Positions 44,408 through 56,745 of a stretch of 64,000 bases of DNA are shown piece after piece; the stretch's first letter is position 1, and each line of letters opens with the position of its first letter. Source of the DNA: Naegleria gruberi (taxonomy: Eukaryota); the NCBI GenBank assembly GCA_000004985.1, contig GG738879.1, one strand, 5' to 3'. Made by a program: the position numbers and the translations under genes. The notes under the pieces were generated by a model. It was not told where the DNA came from. It searched no databases and saw nothing but the letters and a program-made list of their open reading frames with translations.

Positions 44408-47147
44408 TTATTCTTGGAGCACAACTTCAAAACTATGAACTGTCTCAGGATATTCAGAAATCATCTTTGTAACGACTGATTGCAGCTTTGATCCTTGATT
44501 CTTTTGATTTTCTAACTCTTCATTTACATCTGTTGGTTTTTTGGCAGTTCCTTTCAGAATATTTTGACACTTTTCAACCAGTTTCTTCAGTCTTTCTCTA
44601 TCAAAGCCAGTCTTTGTCTTTTGAGCTGACATTGTTTGCAGCTCCTCCTGTAAAGAATTAATGTCATTTCTAACAGAATCAATCTTTTGTCTTGCTTCCT
44701 CAATAGCCATTCCACTTTGTTCCGCAGCCATTTGAAGGGATTTGATAGCTTGGAACGCATCAGCAGCTTTTTTCTTTTTCCTTGTAATTTCTGATTGGAG
44801 GAAAGACAATTCTCTTTGAACATTTGCTTTGGTATTTGTAGAGTTCTTGGATTGAACAACCCTTCCTTTCGTAAGAATTAAATCTCTCTTCTCAATTGCC
44901 TTTTCCATTTCCAAAATCTTTCTCTTTTGTTCTCGCTTCAAATCATTTAATCTTTGTTCCATCAAGTGAATTTCCTTCTTCATTCTCGTTATTTCTTCTT
45001 GACCAACATTTGGATCAAGTGCTTCCTGAATTTCCTTTTGGATTTCAATCTTCTTATCCCAGAATAGAATTTGACGTCTTGGACATGTTAGTATGAAATC
45101 AAGGTAATACTTACTCTACATCAACAAGCTCGTTAATAATTGTTTTCTTTTGAGATTTGGTTTCTTCTATGAGATCTTCCAATCTGAAAGCCTCTCTTTC
45201 ACTTTCTTTCAATCTATCAAGAATCTTGTTTTCCAAATCATAATTGACATCAGCCAAACTATTTTGGGTTAGGTAGTTGGTTGAAATTTTCTTATTAAGT
45301 TTTTCGAGGACTTTGTGCATTTTTTGCATTTCGCCATTAAGGGACTTGATTTGGTTTCTTTCTCTAGTTGCTGATCCATCACTTCTACCCTTTCTTTGGG
45401 ATAAAATTGTTTGTTTGCTCTTGATAGATTTAATCTCATCAGAGAGTTCTTCGGATCTATTCATGAGCTTTACCAATTCGCTTTGGTATCTTGTCCAATC
45501 TTTTTTAAGTTGTTCACTTTCTTTCTCTTTAGCCTCAATAGCTTTAGAGATATTCTTGATTGTTGCTTCTAATGGCCCTTGGTTCTCATCTTTTTGATTT
45601 CCTAAGAGTTTTTCCATAAGTCTATTCAATTTATCCAAATCGCCTTGTTTCTTTTCAATATCGTCATTCTTTCTTCTAATCTCGAGCTCATACTTTTCAA
45701 TCAAACTATCCTTTTGTTTTAGGTCCGATTCAAGGTCCTTAAGAACTTGCTCAAGTTGAATATTATGATCTTGAGTTTGAAGTCTGTCAATTGTGATTCT
45801 TGCTAGCTCATTTTCCGCTTGTGAAAGCTCAACTTCCTTATCAACAACAGCATTCTTCTTCTTTTCAATGTCCTTAAGGGTGTTTTGACAATCCTTCTTG
45901 ATGGTAGTGTTTTCACTAAATAAATCAAGGATTTCTTCTTCCAAAAGCCTAATATCATTACTTGCTTTAGCCATCTTCTTTTCAACTACGTCAATATCCT
46001 TTCTGATAGTCTTAATATTCGCTTCCTCTTTAGCAATTTCTTGATCTGTCTTATCCAGAGTATTTCTAAGTTGCATATATTGTTGTTGCTTATTTTCCAA
46101 AGTTGCATTACTGTCGAGTATTTGTTTTTCCAAATATGTTTGCTCATTTTCATTCTTGATTAAAATTGAGGTAAGTTGTTCGTGCTTTTCTTTTTGTTCG
46201 TTAATTGACTTTTTGTAGCCTTCAATTTCATTTTGAATCTCAATAACTTGCTCCTTTTGTTTGCGTAACCCTTCTTCAGTAGCTTTAAGAGCCTCATCTC
46301 TTCTTTGCATACCAATCACACTTGTTTTCCATTGTTGGATAAGTCTCTTTTTCTCAAACTCAAGAGCTTCCATTTCAGTTGTTGCTTCAGCGAGAGTTTC
46401 ACTAGCAACTTTATACTCCTCTTTTTGAGCCTTGTGCAATTCCTCATATTCTTCAAATTGGTCTTTGAGCTTTCTAACTCTATCCATCATTTGATCTATT
46501 CTAAAATCTTGTTGCTTTTTTTGCTTTTCAACTTCTTCCATTTCCTTTTCAATTTTATGAGTTTTTCTCTTCTTGATAGCAATATCTCTCTTTGTTTTTT
46601 CATTTGCTGTAACTAACATTCTGAGAGTTTGTTGAGATTTTTCCAACTCATCTTGATATTTATACACTTTAAAACAATGTAAATAGAATATTTCTATTAG
46701 AAACCTACATTTTTTTCTCTTCTCATCAACATCGGATCTCTTAGCCTTAGCCATTTGAAGTTGATCATTTCTCTTTCTTTCCATTTCTTCTCTGATTTGA
46801 GTCATCATAATTAAATTATCGTGACCTTTATCAACATTCTCTTGAAGTTTTACAAGTTTTTGTTGTGTATTATAGAGATTGACACCCAAAGCTTCCCTTT
46901 CTTCCCCAATTTTTCTTTGTCTTTCATCCTTTTCAAAAGATTAGAGTTATCGGAAATGATGAAAACTTACAATTTCCTTATGTTGGAGAGTGAGTTCCTC
47001 TAATTGTCTTTGATATTGCTCTGAGATTCTGGCTTGGAGTGTAGCCAAAATTGGCTATTAAGAAAAAAGTATTAATCAATAAATCGTCATCATAAAACCT
47101 ACACTATTTGGGTCTACTCCTCCAAAGTCTGCAATATTTGGATCCAT
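44408..47147 (-). CDS. Long coiled-coil protein (about 870 aa); axonemal CCDC39/40-like is only a guess. Exons 47103-47147, 46971-47054, 45115-46928 (with possible 42-nt in-frame intron 46667-46708), 44408-45077.
   Basis: Introns of 48, 42 and 37 nt (GTAGGT/GTAAGT...AG) restore one frame: MDPNIADFGGVDPNS|PILATLQARISEQYQRQLEELTLQHKEI|DERQRKIGEE...LVDV-E|RQILFWDKKIEI.... Heptad-rich K/E/Q composition throughout. Confidence 0.75.
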
Positions 47148-47349
47148 TTTTTTTAGAACTTTAAATCGTAGAATGACAATAATTTGGCGGTTTTTATTGT
47201 TGATTAATTTGATGGAAAATGGCGCCAAATTTTCACTTCATAAATCAGCATAGTGTTTTGTTCCATTATCACATCTCATCAAATAAATTATGTTATTATT
47301 CGTAATTGAATATAATAATATTATAATAATTTGTAAACATATAAGAAAA

Positions 47350-47679
47350 TTATCCTTCCTTCCATTGATGACCACATTTACAACACTTGAAGAATTGAGT
47401 CATAGGTTCATCAGCAGATCTAGTTTGGAACATTTGGAAATAAGCCTTGTTATGGTCACATTTTCCACATTTTGTTTCCACTGTTTCGGACCAGTTGGCT
47501 TCGTCATCAATAACATCATCAACTTCCTTCTTTTCCAAATTCATATCAAAATACATTTCACTCTTAATATTACAAATATATGGGCAAGTTTTGCAGACCC
47601 ATCTATAGACTGAATCTGTTGAACGACCTGCTGCTTTTTCGATTAGCAGGATGTTTCCGCATTGTGGACAAAAGAACAT
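47350..47679 (-). CDS. POLR3K: DNA-directed RNA polymerase III subunit RPC11 (POLR3K; TFIIS-type zinc ribbon)
   Basis: MFFCPQCGNILLIE... N-terminal zinc ribbon and C-terminal ...QTRSADEPMTQFFKCCKCGHQWKE, near-identical to the POLR3K/TFIIS acidic hairpin motif. The likely start is the internal Met (47679) rather than the ORF-track start. Confidence 0.85.
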   Translation of the reverse strand: MFFCPQCGNILLIEKAAGRSTDSVYRWVCKTCPYICNIKSEMYFDMNLEKKEVDDVIDDEANWSETVETKCGKCDHNKAYFQMFQTRSADEPMTQFFKCCKCGHQWKEG

Positions 47680-47787
47680 TTTTTTCAAAAACAAATTTGC
47701 ATTTAAAAATTCAAATTCAAGCAAACAACCATCAAATAATAATAAATAACAACAATTAATGAATTATAATTTTGTACAATGTTTTAT

Positions 47788-48076
47788 TTAGATACATCTG
47801 ATCAAACCACCAAAACCCAAGAAACAAGCAAAAGCACCTCCTCCTTGTAACACAGCTTTAATTCCGGTTGTTTTCAAAAATTGTTTTCTGTTTCCTCTCA
47901 TGGATGGCATTAAAGAATAGCCTAAAATTGTCTATTAATTCATTTTGTCTGTATGAATAAAATTATATACACTAATAACCTACCAATCCAGCCATACCAC
48001 CTCCGACAAGAAATCCTGTCAGAGCTCCCATACCAACAGATGTTGGACAATCATTAAAGTTCTTCTTTTTGGCCAT
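47788..48076 (-). CDS. ROMO1: ROMO1/Mgr2-family small mitochondrial inner-membrane protein. Exons 47984-48076 and 47788-47931.
   Basis: Not in the ORF track (split by a 52-nt GTAGGT...AATAG intron). Spliced product MAKKKNFNDCPTSVGMGALTGFLVGGGMAGL|TILGYSLMPSMRGNRKQFLKTTGIKAVLQGGGAFACFLGFGGLIRCI (78 aa). Gly-zipper TM pair and C-terminal G.GIRC match ROMO1 (...GMGIRC). Confidence 0.7.
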
Positions 48077-48167
48077 TTATTATTAAATTTTTTTATTACT
48101 TGGTTTTTTCAAAAATTGATTGGATTTCTCCCCAATTTTGGATTTAATCAAAATGTCTTTATTCGTC

Positions 48168-50168
48168 TTAATTTAAAAATGATTTTAATGAAAATCCTTC
48201 ATTTTCACAACCTTCCTTAATATTTAATAAATTGGTACATAAATCTGCAGAAGAAGGTCTTTGTTCATGGTCAACTGAAAGAGTTTGCATTACTAAATCT
48301 ACAAGTGGAGCTGGGTAAAATCCTTTTTGAGAAAGTTTTTCTTTCACTGTTTGAAGTCCACTTGCTCCTTTAGTAAGTAATTGAGCACAAATATTAGTAT
48401 CCATTTCCTTTGTCATTAATTGATATAATACAACACTATATTTCAAAAATTAAAATAATTAAATTATTAACTAAACATACCCTAAACTCCAAATATCAGC
48501 CTTCAATCCATACGGTTCATTACTAAACACTTCACTATTATTTCAAATAACTAAGAAAATCATATCAGAAAGAAACTTACGGACTCTACAAAATGTTAAT
48601 GTGAAAAACATTATTAGAAACTTACCATAAAAAGAAGTGTTCCAGCCTTTGTTTGATTTTGGGTGTTATCAATTTGTTTCGACAAACCAAAATCTCCCAA
48701 AACAATATTTATCACGGTTGCATCCAAATTCTTGACAAAAATATTTTGTGGTTTGATATCTCTATAAAATAGGTTTAGAAATTAATAATTTCTATATTTA
48801 CCTGTGAATTAATCTTCTCTCGTGTAAATAGCTCAATGCCTTTGCCATTTGATAAAATACAGCAAAGACTATTTGTTTTGGTACCATTGCTGTACCAATT
48901 GTTTTTCTATTTAAAAATTTAAATTCCAAAGTTAATAATCTTATAAAACAAACCTTATATATGTATCCTATAATATACATGTTTAGAAATATTCTGAAAT
49001 TTTAGAGTTTAAACTTACTAAATCACCATGTGAATAATATTCCATACAGAAACAAAGTCCTTTGGTAGGTTCATATTTGAAAATTTCATAAGTTTTTAAA
49101 ACATAAGGATTATCCAATGACAACATGGCTGTTGCTTCTCTATTTGCATTTTCCATTTCCATTTCATCATCGAATGTTACAACTTTAACTGCTCTAATAT
49201 CGTCACCAATTCCACTTTGAGTAATTCTAACTTTATAAACAACACCAAATCCACCTTTACCAATTCTTTCCAAAATTTCATATTTTCCATTTAACATATT
49301 TGCACTATCCGTAGGTGTTTGAGCAGTTAGCTTATTATCTTTAACGTGATTTAAAATTAGTGTTTTAATATCAGGATTTTTTGTCCATTTATCAGGTGTA
49401 CTTCCAAATGTATCTGTTATTGATTTGTTTGCTCCATGATCCAATAGACATTTTACAACCTCTTTAGAACATAAGTGAGCTGCCTAAATTTTGAAATTAA
49501 TTATTTGAGAAAATTAACAAACATACCAAATGAAGTGGTGTTTGTTTTAACTCATCTTTTGTTGTAACATTCAATTGAATATCGTTAGCTTCCAATAATA
49601 ATTTTACCATATCATAACAATTTTTCTTACAAGCAGCATGAAGAGCTGTCCATCCATTCTACTCAATGTAAATATAAATTGAAATGTGAATATATGAAAC
49701 AAACATTTTGATCTTGAATATTAACATGGGCTCCATGTCTGATTAATAATCTTGCTGCTTCCACTTGATTACTACTCGCTGCTTCATAAAGTGGTGTCTA
49801 AATAATTGATGATCATCCTCATTAATCAAATTATAAAACCTACATGCTGTTATTTTCCACAATTTAATATTATTTCATTAATAAGAATATAAATCAAACT
49901 TACTCCTTTCTAAAACAAAATATAAATTTGAACAAATAATAATAAATACATACTGGTCCATATTCATTGATTAAATTAAGTGCCTCTTTTGCTTTCAACG
50001 TTTCCGTAAGTGTTTCTATTCAAGTCGGAACAATATGAACATCATATCCAATCAATCATAATTGATTCAACATCATTTTCCATCAAATAACTTACCAATG
50101 TCACCTTCTCTTGACGCTTTACTCAGTGTTTTTTTAATTTCACGTTCCACAGAATTTGATACTCCCAT
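48168..50168 (-). CDS. Ankyrin-repeat Ser/Thr protein kinase, at least 9 exons with 40-110-nt introns and putative micro-exons
   Basis: N-terminal MGVSNS (myristoylation-type). Ankyrin repeats (TPLYEAASSNQVEAARLLIRHGAHVNIQDQN / GWTALHAACKKNCYDMVKLLLEAN / TPLHLAAHLCSKEVVKCLLDHGANK). Kinase domain (IGKGGFGVVYKV...AVKVV...HRDIKPQNIF...GDFGLS...SPEV...DIWSLG) assembled from ORF-track fragments 48168-48446, 48798-48980, 48983-49444 and unlisted short exons. Confidence 0.8.
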
Positions 50169-50941
50169 TACTTTGTGCAATCCAAACAAATAATTCGTTA
50201 CTGAGTTCGATATTTTTTTAAAAAGGTGACTTTCATTGAAAAGGTGGTATGAAGGGATAACGCGTTATTGGAAGCTCAAAATTGAATAGTAATATTCCAT
50301 GATCAACTCAACTCAAATGGTCACATTCAATATTTTCATTTCTCCCCACATTATTGGTTAATAATTAGTTGTATTGAATGAATATTGGTGAAAAAGTTCA
50401 TAAGGAATGCAATAAAGAAACTCAAATCCAATAAAGCTCTGATTGATCTCATAATTAGATTCTCCATTCTGCAGAATCTACTGATATGTTCTTCATTACC
50501 AAATATCTATCTTAAAATTCAATAATAATCAAATAGCAAACAAGGTAGTTGTTTGTCCAAATTCAATTCTGAATTGTGATTCATTCACAACGCATCAAAA
50601 AAGATCCAATCATATGAAAACCAGCATGTTTGTATGATGAAATTCCTCATTCGTAAAAAGCATCTTCTTGTGCGTGTCAGTAAACAAGCAAATTCAATGG
50701 AGTAAACGGCGCTTGAGAATAACTTCGGGGCACTTGTGGGACTATAAAACTCGACACCCAGAAATACAATGCACTCATATTTAGATAAACAAAAAGAAAC
50801 AAAATCAATTCAGCTAACAACTGGTGTTTTATTATCCAACTCACACATTTGTTACTGCTGCTTATCTAGCTTGCGTACCGCCCCACTAAAATAGATTACA
50901 ACAAATCTTTGAAAAACAATCGACAACAAGGCTTTTGAGAG
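50169..50941. promoter_or_regulatory. About 770-bp divergent intergenic region between the ankyrin-kinase gene (minus) and the Myb gene (plus); probable bidirectional promoter
   Basis: Positional inference only. It is the longest ORF-free spacer in the window. Confidence 0.3.
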
Positions 50942-52029
50942 ATGACAGTCACAATCCTTAAGGTTAAATTTGTCTCTGAAGAAACATTATTTGAATATGG
51001 ATCACTTCCAATTGAGTTTGATATTTGTTGTTCCTCACCTAAATCTTCATCATCATCTTCAAATTCCAAATCAAAGACAAACTCAAAGAGAAAACAACAA
51101 GTCAAATGGTCTGAAGAAGATGATAGAATTTTGAGAATGTATGCAGAGAAGGAATATTCATGGAAGGTAGGTATCAATTTATAATACTCAATATCTCATC
51201 ATCATCACAATAATGTTATTAATTTAAAATTCAAATAATGATTAGGAAATTGCAACCAACTTTTTAAATGATAAATTTACTCCACAACAACTTCATCAAA
51301 GATGGAAGAGAGTTTTAAATGATAGTATTAATAGAGAGCCATGGTCTGAAGAAGAAGACAAGGCCATTATTGAATATGTTAAGAAGGTATGGTATCACTT
51401 TTTCATCTCTTAACTTAAATTAAAAACTAATATAGTATGGTTGTACTTGGTCAAAATTGAGAACTCTGCTTGGAACTCAAAGAACTGACACAATGGTCAG
51501 ACAACGTTGGTTAAAGATTACAAATGGTCAAGGTCTAGTTGGTGTTGCATCAAAGCATAATCAACCAACTTCATTGGCATCACTCTCTAACTCTTCTACT
51601 AATAGTGAATCTAGTCCTAATACTATTTCTCAACCACCTAATAATATTCAATCCATTGTAAATAGCTTCAATGAAGAAAATGATGTCTTCGATTTTATTA
51701 AGAAACATCAACTTATTACTCCACCTCAACAAGTTCAACAACCAGTTATTGAAAAGCAACCAATTAAGAAACCTGTTCAACCAATATCACTTGATAGTTT
51801 AACATGTGATGAAGAATTATTTGATCAGAGATCAGCTCCAACTGAACCAAAGTCAACTTGTCCACCATCCATTAAGGATATTGATCCAGCCATAACTATT
51901 GACTCAACAGTTTCTTCTTCTTTAGGGACTTTATTAGATAATAATTATGATTTGATGGATTTCCATTCATCACTTCAAACCAATTTGGAAAGAGAATGGT
52001 TGAACCAAATCTTTTCACAAGATTTCTAA
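50942..52029 (+). CDS. Myb-domain (R2R3-type, two SANT/Myb repeats) transcription factor. Exons 50942-51166, 51246-51386, 51436-52029.
   Basis: Introns 79 and 49 nt (GTAGGT, GTATGG donors). Spliced sequence VKWSEEDDRILRMYAEKEYSWK|EIATNFLNDKFTPQQLHQRWKRVLNDSINREPWSEEEDKAIIEYVKK|YGCTWSKLRTLLGTQRTDTMVRQRWLKI shows the regularly spaced Trp of Myb repeats. Confidence 0.8.
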
Positions 52030-52254
52030 CTGTATTATAACTCAACTCTTATATAATAAAAACATTTTTGTAAAAAGAAGACTTGTTCAACTTGTAATAA
52101 TACAACCCCAGATAATGAAATCACTCGATATATGGTTTCAATCATGACTGAAAACAAGCGAATTGGTTTGATTTCCCTTTTGAAATTTCATGAAATGAAA
52201 AAATGGCGCCAAACAACGTACAGTAATGAATAATCAAACACAAGTTTAAAAAAA

Positions 52255-53556
52255 ATGAGACGAGTTAATAACCCTAATCAAAGTCCCGAAAACAAGAAGT
52301 CGAAAAACTTCCAGGAAAAGGTAATTATTCTTAGCTATTGTACAACTTGATAATCCTGTTAGTTTAAGGATAAAATTAGTGTAACAAATAAGGATGGAAC
52401 AAGAACCAAACTTTCAAATGGAGAAGTGGAAAACAAATTTAAACCAACAATAATTCAAAAAACCTCTCCATCTAAACCACCAAATCCTTTTAATTCTCAA
52501 CAAAAATCACAAGAGGTTCCCACACCTTTCAAGCCACTTTACAAAATTCCAAACTCTCCAATACAAATAGCATCAAATAAGGATAATTCAAAGGAAACAA
52601 ATATTTTAATAGTGAACCATACAAACCATGATCGACATGTTGTTGGTGATTCTGTTCCATCAACAGCTTGCGTATCGGAAATATCTGTTTCACCAGAAAC
52701 AAATAATCATCAACCTGTAGTACATCATATCGTCTCTACTACATCATCGAGATTTTCTTCAAGAGAAAGTTCAGCCTCTTCAAGAAATAGAAAGAAACCA
52801 GTTATTACAGCTCAGCAATTTAAGAATATGGTGGAAGAAAAAAAGAAGGACAATGATATGTTAATTCCAAAAATTGAATCTCCACCTTCTCCTCAACAAC
52901 CAAAAGTAATTACTCCTCCAGAGAAGAAAATTAATGTTAGATTAATTCATGAATATGAAAATCAAGAGAATGAATCATTTATTTCCTCAATTGATCATGT
53001 CAGCCCTATCAATAAGCAGAAAAATGTTGGAGCATATTCTGATATTTATGGAATGCCAAAAAAGAAGAATGAAGCTGACTATGATGTGGAATCTGTTCAA
53101 AAAGATCCAGGATACGCCAAATCTAAAAAGGAAATCACTTACAAACCATATTCAATGAATGATTACAACAAAATCAAATCTCAAGGTAATATTAAATTAG
53201 GGGGTTTGGGAGCTGATTTACAAAATGAACAATTGTTGGAAAAGAAGGAAAAAGCGTCCAAGATGAAAGAGTACGCAAAAGAAATATCTCAACTCAATAA
53301 TAATAAGATTAAGAAACAAAAGACACCAACGACAAGCCAACCAACCCCTCAAGAAATTGAAGCTGCCAAACTGGCAAGTGTAAGAGAGAAAGCGCTCGAA
53401 TTTGCATCAAAAATACCAAAGCCAAAACCTAAAAAGAAGTACTCTGGCTCAGCAACAGCCGATGCCGAACCAGAACCATTATCTGAGTTGGAAATGTTGG
53501 AATTACAACATGAAAGAGACAGAGAATGGTTGAAAAAAGAGTTTGCTACTCGGTAA
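52255..53556 (+). CDS. Lys/Pro/Ser-rich hypothetical protein. Exons 52255-52320 and 52369-53556.
   Basis: ATG exon MRRVNNPNQSPENKKSKNFQEK, then a 48-nt intron (GTAATT...TTTAAG) in frame with ORF 52426-53556. Composition is coding-like. No family recognised. Confidence 0.55.
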
Positions 53557-53812
53557 TAATAAAAAAGCAATACCAAAACTATTTACTGGAATAGAGCAGT
53601 ACCAACTAAAATAGAGAAGTTGGGAAAGAAAGGAATTTTAGTTTTGTGTTTTTTAAAATGTATCTCTTATTATACACAACGAATACGCATTAGTAAATGC
53701 AGATATTGGTTGTTTATAATAAGTAATATCATTTTAAACGACACAAAACTAAAATTCCTTGCTTTCACCATATTTGATTGAAAGTAATTTCTCTCATTTG
53801 CTGGTACTGTTT

Positions 53813-55612
53813 CTATTTTTTTGACAAAGGATTGTAAAGGTAAGGAGGTATAGCTTTTTTGAGAGCCCCTATTTGGTCTAGTGAAATGCATGATTTTGTA
53901 CAAGCATTTTTTTTTGCTTCCTTTTTTGTTTTTCCATCTCCAATTTGATTAGTAAGTTTTAAAGCAGACAGATCAATTTCACAACGAAAACTTGTAATAT
54001 GTGATGGACCGTAGCATGTTTCAATATATGTAGGTTTCATATTTTGTCCAAATGTTTGACTCCAAAAATATTCCAATATTTGAACGGACCTACTTTCGTC
54101 AAACTCAGGCTCATCAGAAATTGTAGGATTAATAGGAATAAACTGGTTTGTTTGAGGTTGCTGAACCAAATTCTTAGCTAGAAATGATGCATAGGATTTA
54201 ATATGTTTTCTTCCCTTAATATGATCTTGAAGAGCATCCACGCTATTACAAAACATATCACAAGCAGTACAAATATAACCATCCTGTTTTCCAATCCTTT
54301 GTATAGTAACAACTCCCTCTGAAATTAATTGTTGAATTGATGGTTGTTCAACATTGTCAACAAAAGGAGGAGAAGTACCTTTAGAATAATTCTCACTAGG
54401 TACTGATGATGATGGATGTGAGGGTGGTGGTGATGTATATGTGGAATATGAAGATATTGTTGGTGGTGGTGATGTATATTGAGCATTAATTTGTTCTCTA
54501 TTAACATTTTTCAAATGCTGTTTTCCATTGAAATGAGTTAATAAAACATCAGGTCCATTACAATCCACATTACACAAAGTGCAAGAGTAAATTTCCAATG
54601 TTCCAACAACAGTCTTAGAATAATATTTAGCATGAATTCTAAATGCTTCAGGAATAGTAGGTGGTTGAGCCTTAGGGGGATAATTATTTTGAATTCCAGG
54701 AATTTGTGGATTGGAAAAAGGTGGAGTGTGTTCTCTCTGTAGTTCTTCAGGGCTAGTACTGCTCTGAATTGGATTTTGAATTGGATTAGAAGAGCTATAC
54801 GGTGTAAAAGCTGATTCTTGATAGAATGTTTTCTGCTTTTTTTGATGTTTAGATCCTCTTACGTGTTCATCATATTTCTCTTTACTATTGCAACTAATAG
54901 AACAAAGGCTACAATACCAATTATTCAAATGTTGAGAGACTGATGGATTATTACTCAAATTTAAACCATTAAAATTACTGATAAGATCATCCTCTTGACT
55001 ACTATAAGAATTTGTAGAATTTGTAGAATGTGTAGAATGAGTAGAATGTGTAGAGTTTGAATAATTTGTTCGACTATCATTAGGATAATATTGATGGGAT
55101 TGATGATGATGATAAGGTTCTTGAATCCTTGTATTTCCACCCATCAAATAGTTCCTACTATCAGTATATACAGGCTTTGTTTCTGGATGATAATTCTGTG
55201 TTGGATAAAAAGGTGTATAATGAATATTACTACTAGTTGGAATATTTGAATATCCTAATTGAGTATTACTATTTGTATATTGATGAGGATTTGTATTGTT
55301 GTTATTGCTTGCAGTCGGAAATGGTTTTGAAATTATTTGATCGTTTAGAGGAAGGTTTGTTGGATGTTTTTGAATATTTAAATGCTTAATAGGTTCAGAA
55401 TTCTTAATATTTAAAGATGATATGGGTATGTTATTACTATGTTGAATAAAAGATAATGATGCATTCGTTGTTGTTGGTGGAGGCTGTATAGTTTGACTTG
55501 TTGGTTTCTGTTTAGCCTCAGTTTTCCTGATATGTTCAGAACTTTTGAGATGTTCTCTATATTCTGAAGAGGAGTTTGTTGAGTAATTGCATGTATTACA
55601 TGTGAATGGCAT
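53813..55612 (-). CDS. Protein with matrin/U1-type C2H2 zinc fingers and a C-terminal dsRBD-like domain (ZFR/JAZ-like); contains a Ser-Thr-His tandem repeat
   Basis: Four CxxC...HxxxxxH fingers with dsRNA-binding-type spacing (CNTCNYS...HLKSSEH, CSLCSIS...HVRGSKH, CTLCNVD...HFNGKQH, CTACDMF...HIKGRKH). C-terminal GPSH...GDGKTKKEAKKNAC resembles a dsRBM. Confidence 0.7.
   Translation of the reverse strand: MPFTCNTCNYSTNSSSEYREHLKSSEHIRKTEAKQKPTSQTIQPPPTTTNASLSFIQHSNNIPISSLNIKNSEPIKHLNIQKHPTNLPLNDQIISKPFPTASNNNNTNPHQYTNSNTQLGYSNIPTSSNIHYTPFYPTQNYHPETKPVYTDSRNYLMGGNTRIQEPYHHHQSHQYYPNDSRTNYSNSTHSTHSTHSTNSTNSYSSQEDDLISNFNGLNLSNNPSVSQHLNNWYCSLCSISCNSKEKYDEHVRGSKHQKKQKTFYQESAFTPYSSSNPIQNPIQSSTSPEELQREHTPPFSNPQIPGIQNNYPPKAQPPTIPEAFRIHAKYYSKTVVGTLEIYSCTLCNVDCNGPDVLLTHFNGKQHLKNVNREQINAQYTSPPPTISSYSTYTSPPPSHPSSSVPSENYSKGTSPPFVDNVEQPSIQQLISEGVVTIQRIGKQDGYICTACDMFCNSVDALQDHIKGRKHIKSYASFLAKNLVQQPQTNQFIPINPTISDEPEFDESRSVQILEYFWSQTFGQNMKPTYIETCYGPSHITSFRCEIDLSALKLTNQIGDGKTKKEAKKNACTKSCISLDQIGALKKAIPPYLYNPLSKK
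55005..55060. repeat. Imperfect 12-nt tandem repeat (TGTAGAATGXGT about 4.5x) inside the zinc-finger CDS, encoding STHSTHSTHSTNSTNS on the minus strand
   Basis: Direct reading of gaatttgtagaatttgtagaatgtgtagaatgagtagaatgtgtagagtttga. Confidence 0.8.
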
Positions 55613-56286
55613 TTTGTTGAAACTTTAATAACTTGGGAATTCTCAAATTACTTGTTTTAATGTTTTTTAATCTATTAATAATCAGACACTAGTGCAACCA
55701 GAGCTTTACTTGGATCGGATTGATTTCGGATGCTACACTGTTGTAAGATATTAATATTTGGTTGTTCCAATGTATTGTTGGAAATGCGGAAAGAAGAGGG
55801 TCACTCTTCAACTGCAATAATACTTATTTTTTTTAAAGGTGTTTTTAGAGATTGAAAGATTAAATATATTATACTAATAACAAGTATATTATTGAACAAT
55901 TAAATAATTTTATATTTATTATGATGATTAAAATTATATGTTCCAATATTGTTATTGTCGTTCATTGAAGGTGTAGTCAAATATAATTATTTGATTTTTA
56001 AATCATGATGAATGTTTTGTGAGTTGTCCCATTGGAAGCTCTTTGGTCAAACAAAGCCATTGAGTACTTGTTGGTTAGGTTAAAAGCCAAGTATCAATAA
56101 TATCCGAGAAGTACGTATCTGCTACATTATTTTTTGCAAGGTAATTGTTGGGTAAAAATTTTGATTGTAAAATAACAGGCAACCACACATTTTAAAGTTT
56201 TGTTGAAAAAAAAATACACTAAATGTAAGTCTAGTCATCCTCATCTTTGCTTACGCTTCAAATCTTATTACTTTTCGTACAGCAAA
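55613..56286. promoter_or_regulatory. Divergent intergenic region between the zinc-finger/dsRBD gene (minus) and RPS13 (plus); probable bidirectional promoter including the RPS13 5' UTR and intron
   Basis: Positional inference only. Confidence 0.3.
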
Positions 56287-56745
56287 ATGGGCCGTATGCA
56301 TGGTGCCGGTAACGGTAAATCTCAATCTGTCATTCCATACAGAAGATCTCCACCAACATGGTTGAAGGTTACTGCTGAAGAAGTTGAAGACAAGATTGTC
56401 AAGCTCGCCAGAAAGGGTTACACTCCATCACAAATTGGTGCTATCTTGAGAGATTCCGACGGTATTGGTAGAGTCAAGTCTGTCACTGGTAAGAAGATCT
56501 TGAGAATGCTCAAGTCTAATGGTTTGGCCCCAGAAATCCCAGAAGATTTGTACCAATTGATCAAGAAGGCTGTTGGTATCAGAAAGCACTTGGAAAAGAC
56601 CAGAAAGGATAGAAAGGCTAAGTACCAATTGATTCTCTGTGAATCTAAGGTCCACAGACTTTCAAGATACTACAAGAGCACTAAGGTTTTGGCTCCAAAC
56701 TGGAAGTATGAAAGCGCAACTGCTGAAGCTTTGATCAATGCTTAA
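56287..56745 (+). CDS. RPS13: 40S ribosomal protein S13 (uS15)
   Basis: [28 protein letters not shown]...[15 protein letters not shown] is near-identical to eukaryotic RPS13. The ORF-track N-terminal extension (from 56200) is probably 5' UTR, with a possible 5'-UTR intron 56224-56280 (GTAAGT...TTTCGTACAG). Confidence 0.93.
   Translation: MGRMHGAGNGKSQSVIPYRRSPPTWLKVTAEEVEDKIVKLARKGYTPSQIGAILRDSDGIGRVKSVTGKKILRMLKSNGLAPEIPEDLYQLIKKAVGIRKHLEKTRKDRKAKYQLILCESKVHRLSRYYKSTKVLAPNWKYESATAEALINA

Noticed and set aside
54325-54507. His-rich ORF (HHHHQQYLHIPHIHHHHPHIHHH)
   Set aside because: Alternate frame of the zinc-finger gene's Pro/Thr/Ser-rich region on the same strand, not an independent gene.
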